Below, piece by piece: positions 1 through 9,509 of a stretch of 64,000 nt of DNA (positions within the stretch are counted from its first letter, which is position 1; the number at the start of each line of letters is the position of its first letter). Below the pieces are notes generated by a model. That model worked only from the letters and a program-made list of their open reading frames with translations, searched no databases and was not told the DNA's origin. The position numbers and the translations under genes are program-made. The stretch comes from Alphaproteobacteria bacterium (lineage in GTDB: Bacteria; Pseudomonadota; Alphaproteobacteria; Puniceispirillales; Puniceispirillaceae), in the NCBI GenBank assembly GCA_038131695.1, contig JAYPQA010000018.1, positions 2,364 to 66,363 of the forward strand. Reading direction: 5' to 3'.

Positions 1-134
1 AGCTGCAGGGCCTGTAATTCAGCGGGCGGGGCCAGCTCTGCCGGATGCACAAGCCCGGCCTGCGGTGACAGGCTGTGTTTCAAATAATCCTGCTGCACAG
101 AAAAGGGCCTGTCTGTGTGAAATATCGATGCCAT
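1..134 (-). CDS. paaK: phenylacetate-CoA ligase, N-terminal fragment (gene runs off the left edge)
   Basis: A minus-strand ATG lies at 134-132. The translation MASIFHTDRPFSVQQDYLKHSLSPQAGLVHPAELAPPAELQALQ ends in the ELQALQ motif found near the PaaK N-terminus. It lies directly downstream of paaG-paaI in the same orientation. Only 44 codons are visible. Confidence 0.4.
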   Translation of the reverse strand, partial: MASIFHTDRPFSVQQDYLKHSLSPQAGLVHPAELAPPAELQALQ

Positions 135-140
135 GTTCGC

Positions 141-614
141 TTAAGTCCCTTCCACTTCCGGATTGCTGATAACCTGCCCGTTCAGCTGGCGGGAATGGCC
201 GCGAAAGGCAGCCAGCAACGCCCCGTCTGACAGGCGGGTTATCTCAACATCATACAGGCCGCTGCGGCTGGTTCCGCCGACCCGTCTTGCCGTGGCTGAC
301 AGCCGGTCACCCTTGCGCCCCGGAGCCAGAAAACTGATCTGGCAAAATTGCGCCACCGCTATCTGATTGCCAGCATTGCAGGCCACCGCAAAGGCGGTAT
401 CGGCCAGCGTAAAGAACACGCCGCCATGACAAATATCATGGTTATTGATATGGGTGTCACCCACATTCAGCTGCAATTCACAATAATCCGGCCCGGCCTT
501 GATCAGCTCGGAGCCTAGCAGGGCGGAAAACCGGTCTCCGACCATCATGGTTTGTGCGACCTGTTCGGCCAGCTGCTCTGCTGTGCGGCCTGTCATGCCC
601 GTCACCCCTTTCAC
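141..614 (-). CDS. paaI: hydroxyphenylacetyl-CoA thioesterase PaaI (hotdog fold)
   Basis: 157-aa ORF with the CHGGVFFTLADTAFAVACN motif, collinear with E. coli PaaI as I recall it. The GTG start overlaps the paaG stop (GTGA). An alternative ATG lies at 596. Confidence 0.85.
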   Translation of the reverse strand: MKGVTGMTGRTAEQLAEQVAQTMMVGDRFSALLGSELIKAGPDYCELQLNVGDTHINNHDICHGGVFFTLADTAFAVACNAGNQIAVAQFCQISFLAPGRKGDRLSATARRVGGTSRSGLYDVEITRLSDGALLAAFRGHSRQLNGQVISNPEVEGT

Positions 615-1399
615 TCCCCCCGGAAGGTTGGTTTGCGGCGTTCAAAAAAGGCCGCCACCCCTTCTGCATAATCATGCGAGCGGCCCGCCTCTCCCTGCGC
701 GGTTGCCTCCGCTTCGAGATGCGCGTCCAGATCCCGCCCGGCCGCCTCCTGAATCATCTGCTTGGTCAGCGCCAGCCCGGCAGTCGGCCCGCTGGCAAAA
801 TCAGCTGCCAGATCGGCAGCTGTCTGATACAGCGCCTCTTCTTCGGCCAGCTGCCAGATCAGCCCCCATAGATGCGCCTGTTCTGCGCTGATGGGTGTGC
901 CGGTCAGGGTGAAGCCCTTGGCCCGCGCCTCGCCGACCAGACGGCTGAGCAGCCAGCTGGACCCGGCATCCGGGATCAGCCCGATTTTGGCAAAGCTCAT
1001 GACAAATTTGGCAGACCGGGCGGCAATCACAATATCGCAATGCAGGGCGAGGACCGCCCCGGCCCCGGCCGCCACGCCATTGACGGCAGCAATAACCGGC
1101 TTTGGCATCGCGCGCAGCTGGCGCACCAGCGGGTTATAATCGCGGCGGATCACCTCTTCCAAATCTGGCATGGGCTGGCCGGGTTGCACATTGAAACCGG
1201 CCAAATCCTGACCGGCACAAAAGCCGCGCCCGGCCGCGCTCAACAGAACGGCCCGGCAGGATTTATCAGCTGCAACCTGGCTGAGGGCGGCGCGCAAATC
1301 GGCGTGCATCGCCGCATCCAGCGCGTTCAGCTGATCCGGCCTGTTCAGCCGGATTTCAGTCCAGCCGCCGTGATCCTGCACAATAATGCTGTCGGTCAT
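611..1399 (-). CDS. paaG: 2-(1,2-epoxy-1,2-dihydrophenyl)acetyl-CoA isomerase (crotonase family)
   Basis: Track ORF 611..1579 trimmed to ATG 1399 (MTDSIIVQDHGGWTEIRLNRP). It has the GRGFCAGQDL and AAVNGVAAGAGA crotonase motifs. At 262 aa it is nearly collinear with E. coli PaaG. Confidence 0.85.
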   Translation of the reverse strand: MTDSIIVQDHGGWTEIRLNRPDQLNALDAAMHADLRAALSQVAADKSCRAVLLSAAGRGFCAGQDLAGFNVQPGQPMPDLEEVIRRDYNPLVRQLRAMPKPVIAAVNGVAAGAGAVLALHCDIVIAARSAKFVMSFAKIGLIPDAGSSWLLSRLVGEARAKGFTLTGTPISAEQAHLWGLIWQLAEEEALYQTAADLAADFASGPTAGLALTKQMIQEAAGRDLDAHLEAEATAQGEAGRSHDYAEGVAAFFERRKPTFRGE

Positions 1400-1508
1400 T
1401 TGCACTGCCCCCAATGCCAGACAAGAGCTGGCTTCATCAGTGAACTTTACAAAATCAATCCAGATGGTCAATACTCTGGCTCTCACAGATTGAGAGGGAG
1501 ACCGCATC

Positions 1509-3540
1509 ATGAACGCCCCGATAATAACCAGCTTTGTCGCCGGCAAATGGCTGCCGGCCAGCTCTGATCCCCAGGCCATTGCCTCAGCTGTATCGGGCGC
1601 GCCGGTCGCCTATGCCAGCACGGGCGGCCTGTCCGGCGAAGCCCTTTTGAACCATGCCCATGCGACAGGCGGTCCGGCCCTGCGGGCCTTGAGCTTTCAT
1701 GATCGGGCGAAGATTCTCAAAGCGCTGGCGCTCTATCTGAATGAGCGGCGCGAGGGGCTTTACCAGCTGGGCTATGCGACCGGGGCCACCTTGAATGACA
1801 ACCGAATCGATATTGATGGCGGTATCGGAACGCTGTTTGTCTATGCCTCAAAAGGGCGGCGGGAATTGCCCGATGATCAGGTCTGGCTGGACGGCCCGGT
1901 AGAGCAACTATCAAAATCCGGCAGCTTTGTTGGCCGCCATCTCTATACGCCGCTGCAAGGGGCCGCTATTCAGATAAATGCGTTTAATTTTCCGGTCTGG
2001 GGGATGCTGGAAAAATTCGCCGCCAGCTTTCTGGCCGGGATGCCCTCTATCGTCAAGCCGGCCCAGGTGACCAGCTATCTGACCGAGGCCTGTGTGCGGC
2101 TGATGCTGGAAAGCGGGCTGTTGCCGGATGGGGCCTTGCAGCTGGTGATCGGCAGGCCGGGGGATTTGCTGGACCGGCTGGGCCCGCAGGATGTGTTGAG
2201 CTTTACCGGCTCGGCTGATACGGCCCTGATGTTGCGTTCCAACCCAAAGCTGTTGTCCAGATCGGTGCGGGTGCTGACTGAGCAGGATTCACTGAACGCC
2301 TCTGTTCTGGGCCCGGATATTGGCCCTGATGACCCGGAATTCGGCCTGTTCATCAAAGAGGTGGTGCGCGAGATGAGCACCAAGGCAGGCCAGAAATGCA
2401 CTGCTATCCGGCGTATCTTTGTGCCGGAAAAGATGATCCAGCCAGTGAGCGAGGCGCTGATTGAAAAGCTGTCCGCGCTGACCATTGGCGACCCGGCTGA
2501 CAAGGCGACCCGCATGGGGGCTCTGGTCTCGCTGGATCAGCGCCGCGCGGTTCTGGAGGTCATGGGCCAGCTGGCTGCTGAGACACGCTGCCTTTACGGG
2601 GATGGGCCAGCTGATTTTGCCGGTGTGGATGCTGAAAAAGGGGCCTTTATCCAGCCAGCTGCTGCATTGTGCCGACCCTTCTGCTGCCCGGCTGGCGCAT
2701 GAGCTTGAAGCCTTCGGGCCGGTTTCCACCCTGATGGGCTACAGTGATTTTGCGGCCGCCTGCCAGCTGGCCAATCGCGGCGGCGGCTCGCTTGTTGCCT
2801 CGGTCATCACACATGATCCGGCGCTTGCCCGGCAGGCGGTTCTAGCCAGCGCGGCCTGGCATGGCAGGCTCTATTTCAATGACCGCGATTCGATGGCGGA
2901 ATCCACCGGCCATGGCGCGCCCATGCCGCATATGACGCATGGCGGGCCGGGCCGGGCGGGCGGCTCTGAAGAGCTGGGCGGCGTGCGCGGGGTGGCCCAT
3001 TATATGCAGCGCACCGCCATTCAGGGCAGCCCGGCCCTGCTGACCGGGATCGGCAATGTCTTCGTGCCGAACAGCCCGCGCCATAAGGGCCCGGCCCACC
3101 CGTTCACCCGCAGCTTCAACGCCCTTGCGATAGGCGAAAGCCTGACCTGCGGCCCGCGCGAAATCACCATGCAGGATATAGAGCATTTTGCCGAATTCAC
3201 TGGTGATAAATTCTATGCCCATCTGGATGAGGAAGCCGCCAGGGCCAGCCCGTTTTTTGACGGCAAGGTCGCCCATGGCTATCTGTTATTGAGCTTTGCG
3301 GCCGGCCTGTTTGTGGACCCTGCCCCGGGGCCGGTGCTGGCCAATATCGGGCTGAATGACCTGCAATTCCACCAGCCTGTCTACCCCGGCGATGCCATTA
3401 CCGTGCAGCTGACGGTGAAGCGCAAAATCCCGCGCAATGCCGACTATGGAGAGGTGCGCTGGGATGTTGAAATCCATAATCAGGAGGCCCAGCTGGTGGC
3501 CGCCTATGAGCTGATAACCATGAATGCCTGTGATGGCTGA
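1509..3540 (+). pseudogene. paaZ: bifunctional PaaZ (oxepin-CoA hydrolase / aldehyde dehydrogenase + MaoC hotdog), one frameshift
   Basis: ORFs 1509..2702 and 2485..3540 together are collinear with ~680-aa PaaZ. Shared motifs include FTGSADT, KAGQKCTAIRR, HGGPGRAGG and a C-terminal MaoC domain. The frame switches between GAF (2640-2648) and QLLHC (about 2656-2670), next to A5/G4 runs. Confidence 0.85.
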
Positions 3541-4392
3541 CCGGCAGGACAGGCCGGCTGCCCTTGCCCCGTTTGTGGAGGATTTGCACGCCCAGGGGCG
3601 GCTGCGGGTCTGGTCTATTTTGGTGACCATTTTCGGCGATCTGGCAGGCCCGTTGCCGGGCCAGCTGGCCCTGCGCGACATCCATCAGCTGACCCGCCAG
3701 TTTGGCATCACGGACGGGGCCGTCCGCACCGCCTTGTCCCGCCTGCTGGCTGAGGATTGGCTGGTATCAGGCAAGTCCGGCAGGCACGCTTTTTATGCGC
3801 TCAGCCCGGCTGGCATTGCGGCGGTGGCAGAGGCCTCATCGCGCATCTATGTCCGGCCCGCACACCCCCAAACCGGCTGGCAGCTGATTGTGACCGACCC
3901 GGATGCCCCGCCTGTCCAGCTTGCTGCCCAGGCCCTGCGCCTGACCCCGGAATGCTGGCTGCTGCCGGCCAGCGACAGGCCGCCCTCTGATGCGCTGGTG
4001 CTGGCCGGGCCGCTAACGCACAGGCCGGGCTGGCTGGCAACGCGCGGCTGGCCGGGGCCCGGCTGACTGAAGATTATGCCCGGCTTGAAAAGCTGGCCAA
4101 GACGCTGCAGGACAGGCTGGACAGCAGGGGCGGAGCCAGCCAGCTGGCACCGGAAACAGCGATGGGGCTGCGGGTGCTGTTGCTGCATTTTTGGCGCAGG
4201 CTGGTCTTGCGGCACAGCCCGCATCTGTTCTGGCTGCTGGGGCCGGGCTGGCCTGGCACACAGGCGGCCCGGCAAATCGGCCCGCTCTGGCATCAGCTGC
4301 TGGACCGATCCGAAAGCTGGCCCATGCCAGACAGCCAGCGCGCCCCGCTCAGCCTGCTGAAAAGCCGCTTTGCCGACCACCCGCCGGAATAA
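3524..4392 (+). pseudogene. paaX: phenylacetic acid degradation operon repressor PaaX, one frameshift
   Basis: The N-terminal winged-helix part is in ORF 3524..4066 (LRVWSILVTIFGD). The C-terminal part (ARLTEDYARLEKLAKTLQ ... LRVLLLHFWRRLVLR) continues in another frame to TAA 4390-4392. The switch lies somewhere in 3991-4066. Confidence 0.75.
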
Positions 4393-4410
4393 GCTGCCAA
4401 AATCCGAAAC

Positions 4411-4450
4411 ATATTACGAAAATTTATTGATTCTGTATTTTTTGTAATAT
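4411..4450. promoter_or_regulatory. candidate operator in the AT-rich paaX-paaA intergenic region
   Basis: Inverted repeat ATATTACGAAAA (4411-4422) / TTTTGTAATAT (4440-4450), 11/12 complementary. It flanks a 16-17-nt spacer that contains TGATTC (4428-4433), which I recall as the core of enterobacterial/pseudomonad PaaX sites. It lies 45-80 nt upstream of the paaA ATG. Confidence 0.3.
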
Positions 4451-4493
4451 ATTGTCTGGTAACAGAGTGCCATCTAGCCAAGGGGAGCCGGCC

Positions 4494-5489
4494 ATGTATG
4501 CACAAGGATTAATCGGGGCCGATACCGCGAGCGGGGAAACCGCAGAGTTTCTGGCCGCTTTTCAGGCGCGCATTGATGCGGACGAAAAGATAGAGCCAAG
4601 AGAGGCGATGCCGGAGGGCTATCGCCGCACGCTGATTCGCCAGATTGGCCAGCACGCCCATTCCGAGATTGTCGGGATGCTGCCGGAGGGGAACTGGATC
4701 ACCCGCGCCCCCTCCCTGCGCCGCAAGGCAGCGCTTCTGGCCAAGGTGCAGGATGAGGGCGGGCACGGTCTGTATTTGTATGCGGCCGCCGAAACGCTGG
4801 GCATCAGCCGCGAGCAGATGACCGCAGAATTACTGTCCGGCAAGGCCAAATATTCCTCCATCTTCAACTATCCGACGCTTAGCTGGGCTGATATTGGCGC
4901 GATTGGTTGGCTGGTGGATGGGGCCGCGATTATGAATCAGATACCGCTCTGCCGCTGTTCTTACGGGCCTTATGCGCGGGCGATGATTCGGATTTGCAAA
5001 GAAGAGAGCTTTCACCAGCGTCAGGGCTATGAGATCATGATTACCCTGGCTGCTGGCAGTGCTGAGCAGAAAGAGATGGCCCAGGATGCGCTGAATCGCT
5101 GGTGGTGGCCGTCTTTGATGATGTTTGGCCCGTCGGATTCAGACAGCCAGAATTCAGATCAGTCAATGGCCTGGAAAATCAAGCGGTTCAGCAATGATGA
5201 ATTGCGCCAGAAATTTGTCGATGCCACCGTCCCGCAGGCCCAAAGGCTGGGCCTGTCTGTGCCCGATGATCAGCTGGTCTGGGATAAAACCAGAAATGAC
5301 GGGGCAGGCGGCTATCATTTTGGCCCGATTGACTGGGATGAATTCTGGTCGGTGGTCAAGGGCAATGGCCCGATGAACCGCCAGCGCATTGCAGCCCGCC
5401 AAAAGGCTTGGGATGACGGGGCCTGGGTGCGTGAAGCCGCCCTTGCCCATGCCGCCAAAAAGGCCGCCCAGCCGCAGGCAGCTGAATAG
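4494..5489 (+). CDS. paaA: 1,2-phenylacetyl-CoA epoxidase subunit A
   Basis: ORF 4452..5489 trimmed to ATG 4494, which follows GGGGAG. It has the diiron oxygenase signature region ([12 protein letters not shown] ... [13 protein letters not shown] ... EESFHQRQG). Confidence 0.9.
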   Translation: MYAQGLIGADTASGETAEFLAAFQARIDADEKIEPREAMPEGYRRTLIRQIGQHAHSEIVGMLPEGNWITRAPSLRRKAALLAKVQDEGGHGLYLYAAAETLGISREQMTAELLSGKAKYSSIFNYPTLSWADIGAIGWLVDGAAIMNQIPLCRCSYGPYARAMIRICKEESFHQRQGYEIMITLAAGSAEQKEMAQDALNRWWWPSLMMFGPSDSDSQNSDQSMAWKIKRFSNDELRQKFVDATVPQAQRLGLSVPDDQLVWDKTRNDGAGGYHFGPIDWDEFWSVVKGNGPMNRQRIAARQKAWDDGAWVREAALAHAAKKAAQPQAAE

Positions 5490-5532
5490 CCTGCCTGCCG
5501 CCAGCGGGGAGGGTAAAGAGGGGAGACTAATA

Positions 5533-5817
5533 ATGACCGGCTTGACCCCGTTATGGGAAGTCTTTGTCCAGCCCAAAGGCGCGCTGGCCCACAAGCATTG
5601 CGGCTCGGTGCACGCGGCTGATGCCGATCAAGCCCTGCAAGCGGCCCGCGATGTCTATGCACGGCGTGAGGAAGTGCGCTCTATCTGGGTGGTGCCTTCG
5701 GCCCAGATTACCGCCTCTGAGCCGGAATCAGCCGGGATGCTGTTTGACCCGGCCTCTGACAAAATCTATCGCCATCCCAGCTTTTATGACATTCCGGACG
5801 ATATAGAGAATATGTAA
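5533..5817 (+). CDS. paaB: 1,2-phenylacetyl-CoA epoxidase subunit B
   Basis: ORF 5389..5817 trimmed to ATG 5533, which follows GGGGAGA. The 94-aa product (MTGLTPLWEVFVQPKGALAHKHCGSVHA...) has typical PaaB length and sequence. Confidence 0.9.
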   Translation: MTGLTPLWEVFVQPKGALAHKHCGSVHAADADQALQAARDVYARREEVRSIWVVPSAQITASEPESAGMLFDPASDKIYRHPSFYDIPDDIENM

Positions 5818-6575
5818 TGGCCTCAGATGACGATATATTTTGCGGGCTGTTGCGGCTGGCAGATGATCATCTCATTCTGGGACAGCGGGTCTCGCAATGG
5901 TGCGGCCATGCCCCGCAGCTGGAAGAGGATTTGGCCCTGTCCAATATTGCCCTTGATTTGATCGGATCGGCCCGCGCGCTCTATCAGCTGGCGGGCGAGA
6001 CAGAAGGCAAGGGGCGGGATGAGGATCAGCTGGCCTTCCTGCGCGATGAGCGGGCCTATCTCAACCTGCTGCTGGCGGAATATCCCAATAGTGATTTCGC
6101 CCATACCATTTTGCGGCAATATTATTTTTCCAGCTTCCAGCTGCTCTATTGGCAGGCCGCGCTTGCCTCAGCCCTGCCCGGTCTGGCCGCCATTGCCGCA
6201 AAATCGGTGAAAGAGGCCGCCTATCACCACCGCCATGCAGCTGATTGGGTGATCCGGCTGGGAGATGGCACAGAGGAATCGCATCAGCGGATGCTGGCGG
6301 CTGAGGCCAATCTGGGCCCCTATCTGGGCGAGATGTTTGAAAGGGACGCGCTGGCCGGACGGCTGGCCGAGGCTGCGATCCTGCCTGACCCGGCAGAATT
6401 GCAAGCTGCTTTTACAGCTGACCGGGCGGCCATATTGGCCCGCGCAACCCTGCCGGTTGCTGAGATAACAGCCAGCCAGACCGGCGGGCGTTCCGGCCGC
6501 CATACCGAGGCAATGGGTCATTTGCTGGCCGAATTACAATATATGCAGCACCGCTTCCCGGGCCAGCAATGGTAA
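5817..6575 (+). CDS. paaC: 1,2-phenylacetyl-CoA epoxidase subunit C
   Basis: 252 aa. The start overlaps the paaB stop (TAATG). It holds the position and size of PaaC in a paaABCDE array. Confidence 0.85.
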   Translation: MASDDDIFCGLLRLADDHLILGQRVSQWCGHAPQLEEDLALSNIALDLIGSARALYQLAGETEGKGRDEDQLAFLRDERAYLNLLLAEYPNSDFAHTILRQYYFSSFQLLYWQAALASALPGLAAIAAKSVKEAAYHHRHAADWVIRLGDGTEESHQRMLAAEANLGPYLGEMFERDALAGRLAEAAILPDPAELQAAFTADRAAILARATLPVAEITASQTGGRSGRHTEAMGHLLAELQYMQHRFPGQQW

Positions 6576-7036
6576 GCCTGCAGACATCCCGGCAGCGCGC
6601 CCGGGCCATTGCCGCAGCCGTGCCTGACCCGGAAATCCCGGCTCTGACCATTGCCGATTTGGGTATCTTGCGCGCCGTTGAGATCGCAGAAGATGGTGCG
6701 GTTATTGCCCGCCTCTCGCCTACCTATATGGGCTGCCCGGCTGTGCTGGCGATTGAACTGGCGGTGACCACCGCCTTGCAAGAGGCCGGCTTTCAGGCCC
6801 GCACCGAGCGCGCACTCTCTCCGCCCTGGACAACCGATTGGATAACCGAGGAAGGGCGGCGCAAAATGGCCGCTTATGGCATTGCCCCGCCGGCTTCCGA
6901 AGGGCGCGCGCCAGCCTGTCCGCAATGCGGGTCTGCCAGCACCGAAAAACTGTCCGAATTTGGCTCGACCGCCTGCAAGGCGCTGTGGCGCTGCACCGCC
7001 TGTCTGGAGCCTTTTGACTATTTCAAATGCCTCTAG
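6569..7036 (+). CDS. paaD: phenylacetate-CoA oxygenase subunit PaaD (Fe-S assembly SufT-like domain)
   Basis: 155 aa. It carries DPEIPALTIADLGILR and a C-terminal CPQCGS...WRCTAC zinc-ribbon-like motif. It overlaps the paaC stop. Confidence 0.85.
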   Translation: MVSLQTSRQRARAIAAAVPDPEIPALTIADLGILRAVEIAEDGAVIARLSPTYMGCPAVLAIELAVTTALQEAGFQARTERALSPPWTTDWITEEGRRKMAAYGIAPPASEGRAPACPQCGSASTEKLSEFGSTACKALWRCTACLEPFDYFKCL

Positions 7037-7075
7037 CCGCAGCTTGGCAAGGCAGATAGAGAAGCGGAGCAAGCG

Positions 7076-8195
7076 ATGACCAAAACCGGCTTTCACCTGT
7101 TGGAAGTGGCTGCCTGCCAGCAGGACCCGGCAGGCGCAACCATTCTCAGCTTTGCCGTGCCAGAGGACTTGGCACCAGCCTTTGCCTTTCTGCCGGGCCA
7201 GTATCTGACCTTGCAGGCTGAGATAGAAGGGGAGGAAATCCGGCGGCCCTATTCCATTTGCTCCCGCCCCGGAGCCGGCCTGCTGCAGGTTGGGATTCGC
7301 CAGCTCGAAGAGGGCCGTTTTTCCCAATTTGCCCGCCATTTGAGACCCGGTGACCCCGCTCTGGGTGATGCCGCCGCAAGGGCGCTTTACCCTGAAAAAC
7401 CCGAAGCCGGGCCAGCATTTGCTGCTGGCGGCCGGTTCTGGCATTACCCCGATGCTGCCGATAGCAGAGGCGTTGCTGGCAGACCATCCGGACTGTTCGG
7501 TCATGCTGGTCTGGGGCAATCGCCAGCGCAGCTCGATCATGCTGAAAGAGGCAATAGACGGGCTGAAAAACCGCTTTATGGGCCGCTTCTCCCTGCTTCA
7601 CATACTCAGCCGGGAAGCCGGTGACCAGCCGCTTTTTTCCGGTCGTCTGGATGCGGCGCGTCTCAGCCAGCTTTCGGAGGCCGGGCTGTTTGATGCCAGC
7701 CAGCTGGCCGAAGCCTGGCTGTGTGGGCCAGCCGCGATGAGCACCGATTGTGCCGCCTGGCTGACCTGGCAGGGGCTGGCGGAACAGGACCTGCATACCG
7801 AATATTTCACCCCGGCCCCGCCTAGCCGCAAGGAACAAAAAAAGGCCCTGTCCGGCCCGGGCACGGCCAAAAAGCCCGGCGCAGCCAAAAAGCCCGATAC
7901 GGCGGCCAGCCCGCCTGCCTGCACCGTGCGGGTAATTCTGGACGGGGCAGAGCAGGAATTTACCCTGCCGGACGGGCTGTCTGTGATAGAGGCCGCCAGA
8001 GAGGCCCGCATCAGCCTGCCCTGGTCCTGTGCCAACGGGATGTGTGCGACCTGTCGCTGCCGGCTGACCAGCGGGACGGGCCGGATGCGGCAAAATTTTT
8101 CGCTGGATGCGGCTGAGCTGGAGGCCGGCTTTGTGCTGGCCTGCCAGCTGATCCCGCAAAGCCCGCGCCTGACGCTGGATTTTGACCAAAGTTGA
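7076..8195 (+). pseudogene. paaE: phenylacetyl-CoA epoxidase reductase PaaE (FNR-like + 2Fe-2S), one frameshift
   Basis: ORFs 7076..7624 and 7350..8195 join into ~373 aa. Motifs are RPYSICS (FAD), AAGSGITP (NAD) and a C-terminal CANGMCATCRC ferredoxin. The frame switches at the C4 run 7354-7357 (HLRPGD | LWVMPPQGRF). Confidence 0.85.
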
Positions 8196-8233
8196 CCAGC
8201 GCGCCATCCGCTGCAAAATAATACATAATTGTT

Positions 8234-8261
8234 AAAAAACAGGCGGCCCGAAGGCCGCCTG
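8234..8261 (-). terminator. rho-independent terminator between convergent paaE and the TRAP binding-protein gene
   Basis: Perfect hairpin CAGGCGGCC-cgaa-GGCCGCCTG (8240-8261). It is followed on the minus strand by T6 (forward A6, 8234-8239). It probably also stops plus-strand paaE transcripts. Confidence 0.6.
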
Positions 8262-8287
8262 CAAAGACTTATGATGTAGCTGGCTGC

Positions 8288-9304
8288 TTATTTCGGCAGC
8301 TGGCTGCGATAATAGGCCAGAGCGGCCGCAGCATCGACACCGCGTTCAGCGGCCGCACCAACAACCTGGGCTTCAATGCCGGATGTCTTTTGCTTGAAGT
8401 AAGCCCGCTCAGCGGCGCTGGCATCTGTTACAGTGCCGCCCATCTCGGCAAATTTCTCGTAGCCGAGATCATCGGCCTCATCCCAATATTTACCGATTTT
8501 GCGTGACATCTCCACGCCGCGCATATCATCGATACATTTGCGATGCTTGTCTGACAGGTCATTATAGCTGTCATCATTCATCATCAACGCGAAAGAGGTT
8601 GTATACATACCATCAGGATTGCGGAAGGTGTATTTTGCCACCTCAGCAACCTTGAAGGCATACATGGTCTCAATCGGGAAGAACACGCCCTCGGCAACGC
8701 CAGAGGAAACCGCCTCATACACACCTGGGGCCGGCAGGTTCACACCCGCCACGCCCAGGGCCGAGCCGATATCATTGGCAACACCGCCACCAACGCGCAG
8801 CTTCATGCCTTCGATTTCCTTGTAGGAGGTGATTTTCTTGACAGTGTTCACATGACCCGGCCCATGCACATAATTGGCCAGAACCTGCACACCTTTGGCT
8901 TCCCCACCTTTGGACAGGTAGTTTTCCCAGGTCTTCTGGAAAGCCACTGACATTTGCTCAGCATTACCGGTATTGCCCGGCAACTCAGCCAGCTTGGTGG
9001 TTACGAACTTGCCCGGCGTATAGCCATGCACAATCCAGGTCAGATCAGCCACGCCATCGCGCACTGTGTCATACTGGGCCGGCGGCGGAGCCAGATTATA
9101 TTCCAGCTTCAGGGACAGGCTGCCCCCGGAACATTTTTGCAGCTCACCATCCATCCACGGAAACACATTCGCATTCATGGTGTGAACAGGTGCGGCCCAA
9201 GTGGACACAATCAATTCTTTGGCAGCATGGCCACCGGCCATGGCCTGGCCAGCAAACACCATTGTTGCAGCCGCAGAGAATCCCAAAAGCAATTTTTTCA
9301 TCAT
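8288..9304 (-). CDS. TRAP transporter substrate-binding protein (DctP family)
   Basis: ORF 8288..9373 trimmed to the ATGATG after GGGAGGAA. It has a signal peptide (MKKLLLGFSAAATMVFAGQAMA) and DctP-family body length (~338 aa). Confidence 0.85.
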   Translation of the reverse strand: MMKKLLLGFSAAATMVFAGQAMAGGHAAKELIVSTWAAPVHTMNANVFPWMDGELQKCSGGSLSLKLEYNLAPPPAQYDTVRDGVADLTWIVHGYTPGKFVTTKLAELPGNTGNAEQMSVAFQKTWENYLSKGGEAKGVQVLANYVHGPGHVNTVKKITSYKEIEGMKLRVGGGVANDIGSALGVAGVNLPAPGVYEAVSSGVAEGVFFPIETMYAFKVAEVAKYTFRNPDGMYTTSFALMMNDDSYNDLSDKHRKCIDDMRGVEMSRKIGKYWDEADDLGYEKFAEMGGTVTDASAAERAYFKQKTSGIEAQVVGAAAERGVDAAAALAYYRSQLPK

Positions 9305-9318
9305 TTCCTCCCAGAAAT

Positions 9319-9337
9319 ATTCCAGAAATTTGCTGGA
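9319..9337. promoter_or_regulatory. inverted repeat TTCCAG-N7-CTGGAA in the divergent TRAP/Rieske promoter region
   Basis: Perfect 6-bp arms, 15 nt upstream of the binding-protein start. Related TTCC(N)GAA-like words recur in 9305-9509. No adjacent regulator gene is visible. Confidence 0.2.
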
Positions 9338-9509
9338 AACAAAAAGACTTGTCTCCTTTTCATCCAGCCTCAACCCTGTGAAGTTTCCGGCTTCCAGTCA
9401 AGTAAAAAATCTGTAACAAATTTCCGGCGAAACAAAAAAGCCGGTTGGCAATCCTATGGTTTTTTTCTATCATCTTTTAAGCTTAAACAATTTCTGGGGA
9501 GGAGATGAA

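Noticed and set aside
7840-7915. Ala/Lys/Pro-rich insert (GPGTAKKPGAAKKPDTAASPP, with direct repeat GCCAAAAAGCCCG x2) between the FNR and ferredoxin domains of PaaE
   Set aside because: This is a low-complexity interdomain linker in frame with both domains. It is an expansion of a normal linker, not a separate feature.
6518-8216. Long minus-strand ORFs (340 aa at 6518..7540 and 356 aa at 7146..8216) opposite paaC/paaD/paaE
   Set aside because: They are shadow ORFs of a GC-rich coding strand. Their composition is Arg/Gly/Pro/Ala-rich and low in complexity, with no recognisable motifs. They fully overlap genes with clear family signatures on the other strand.
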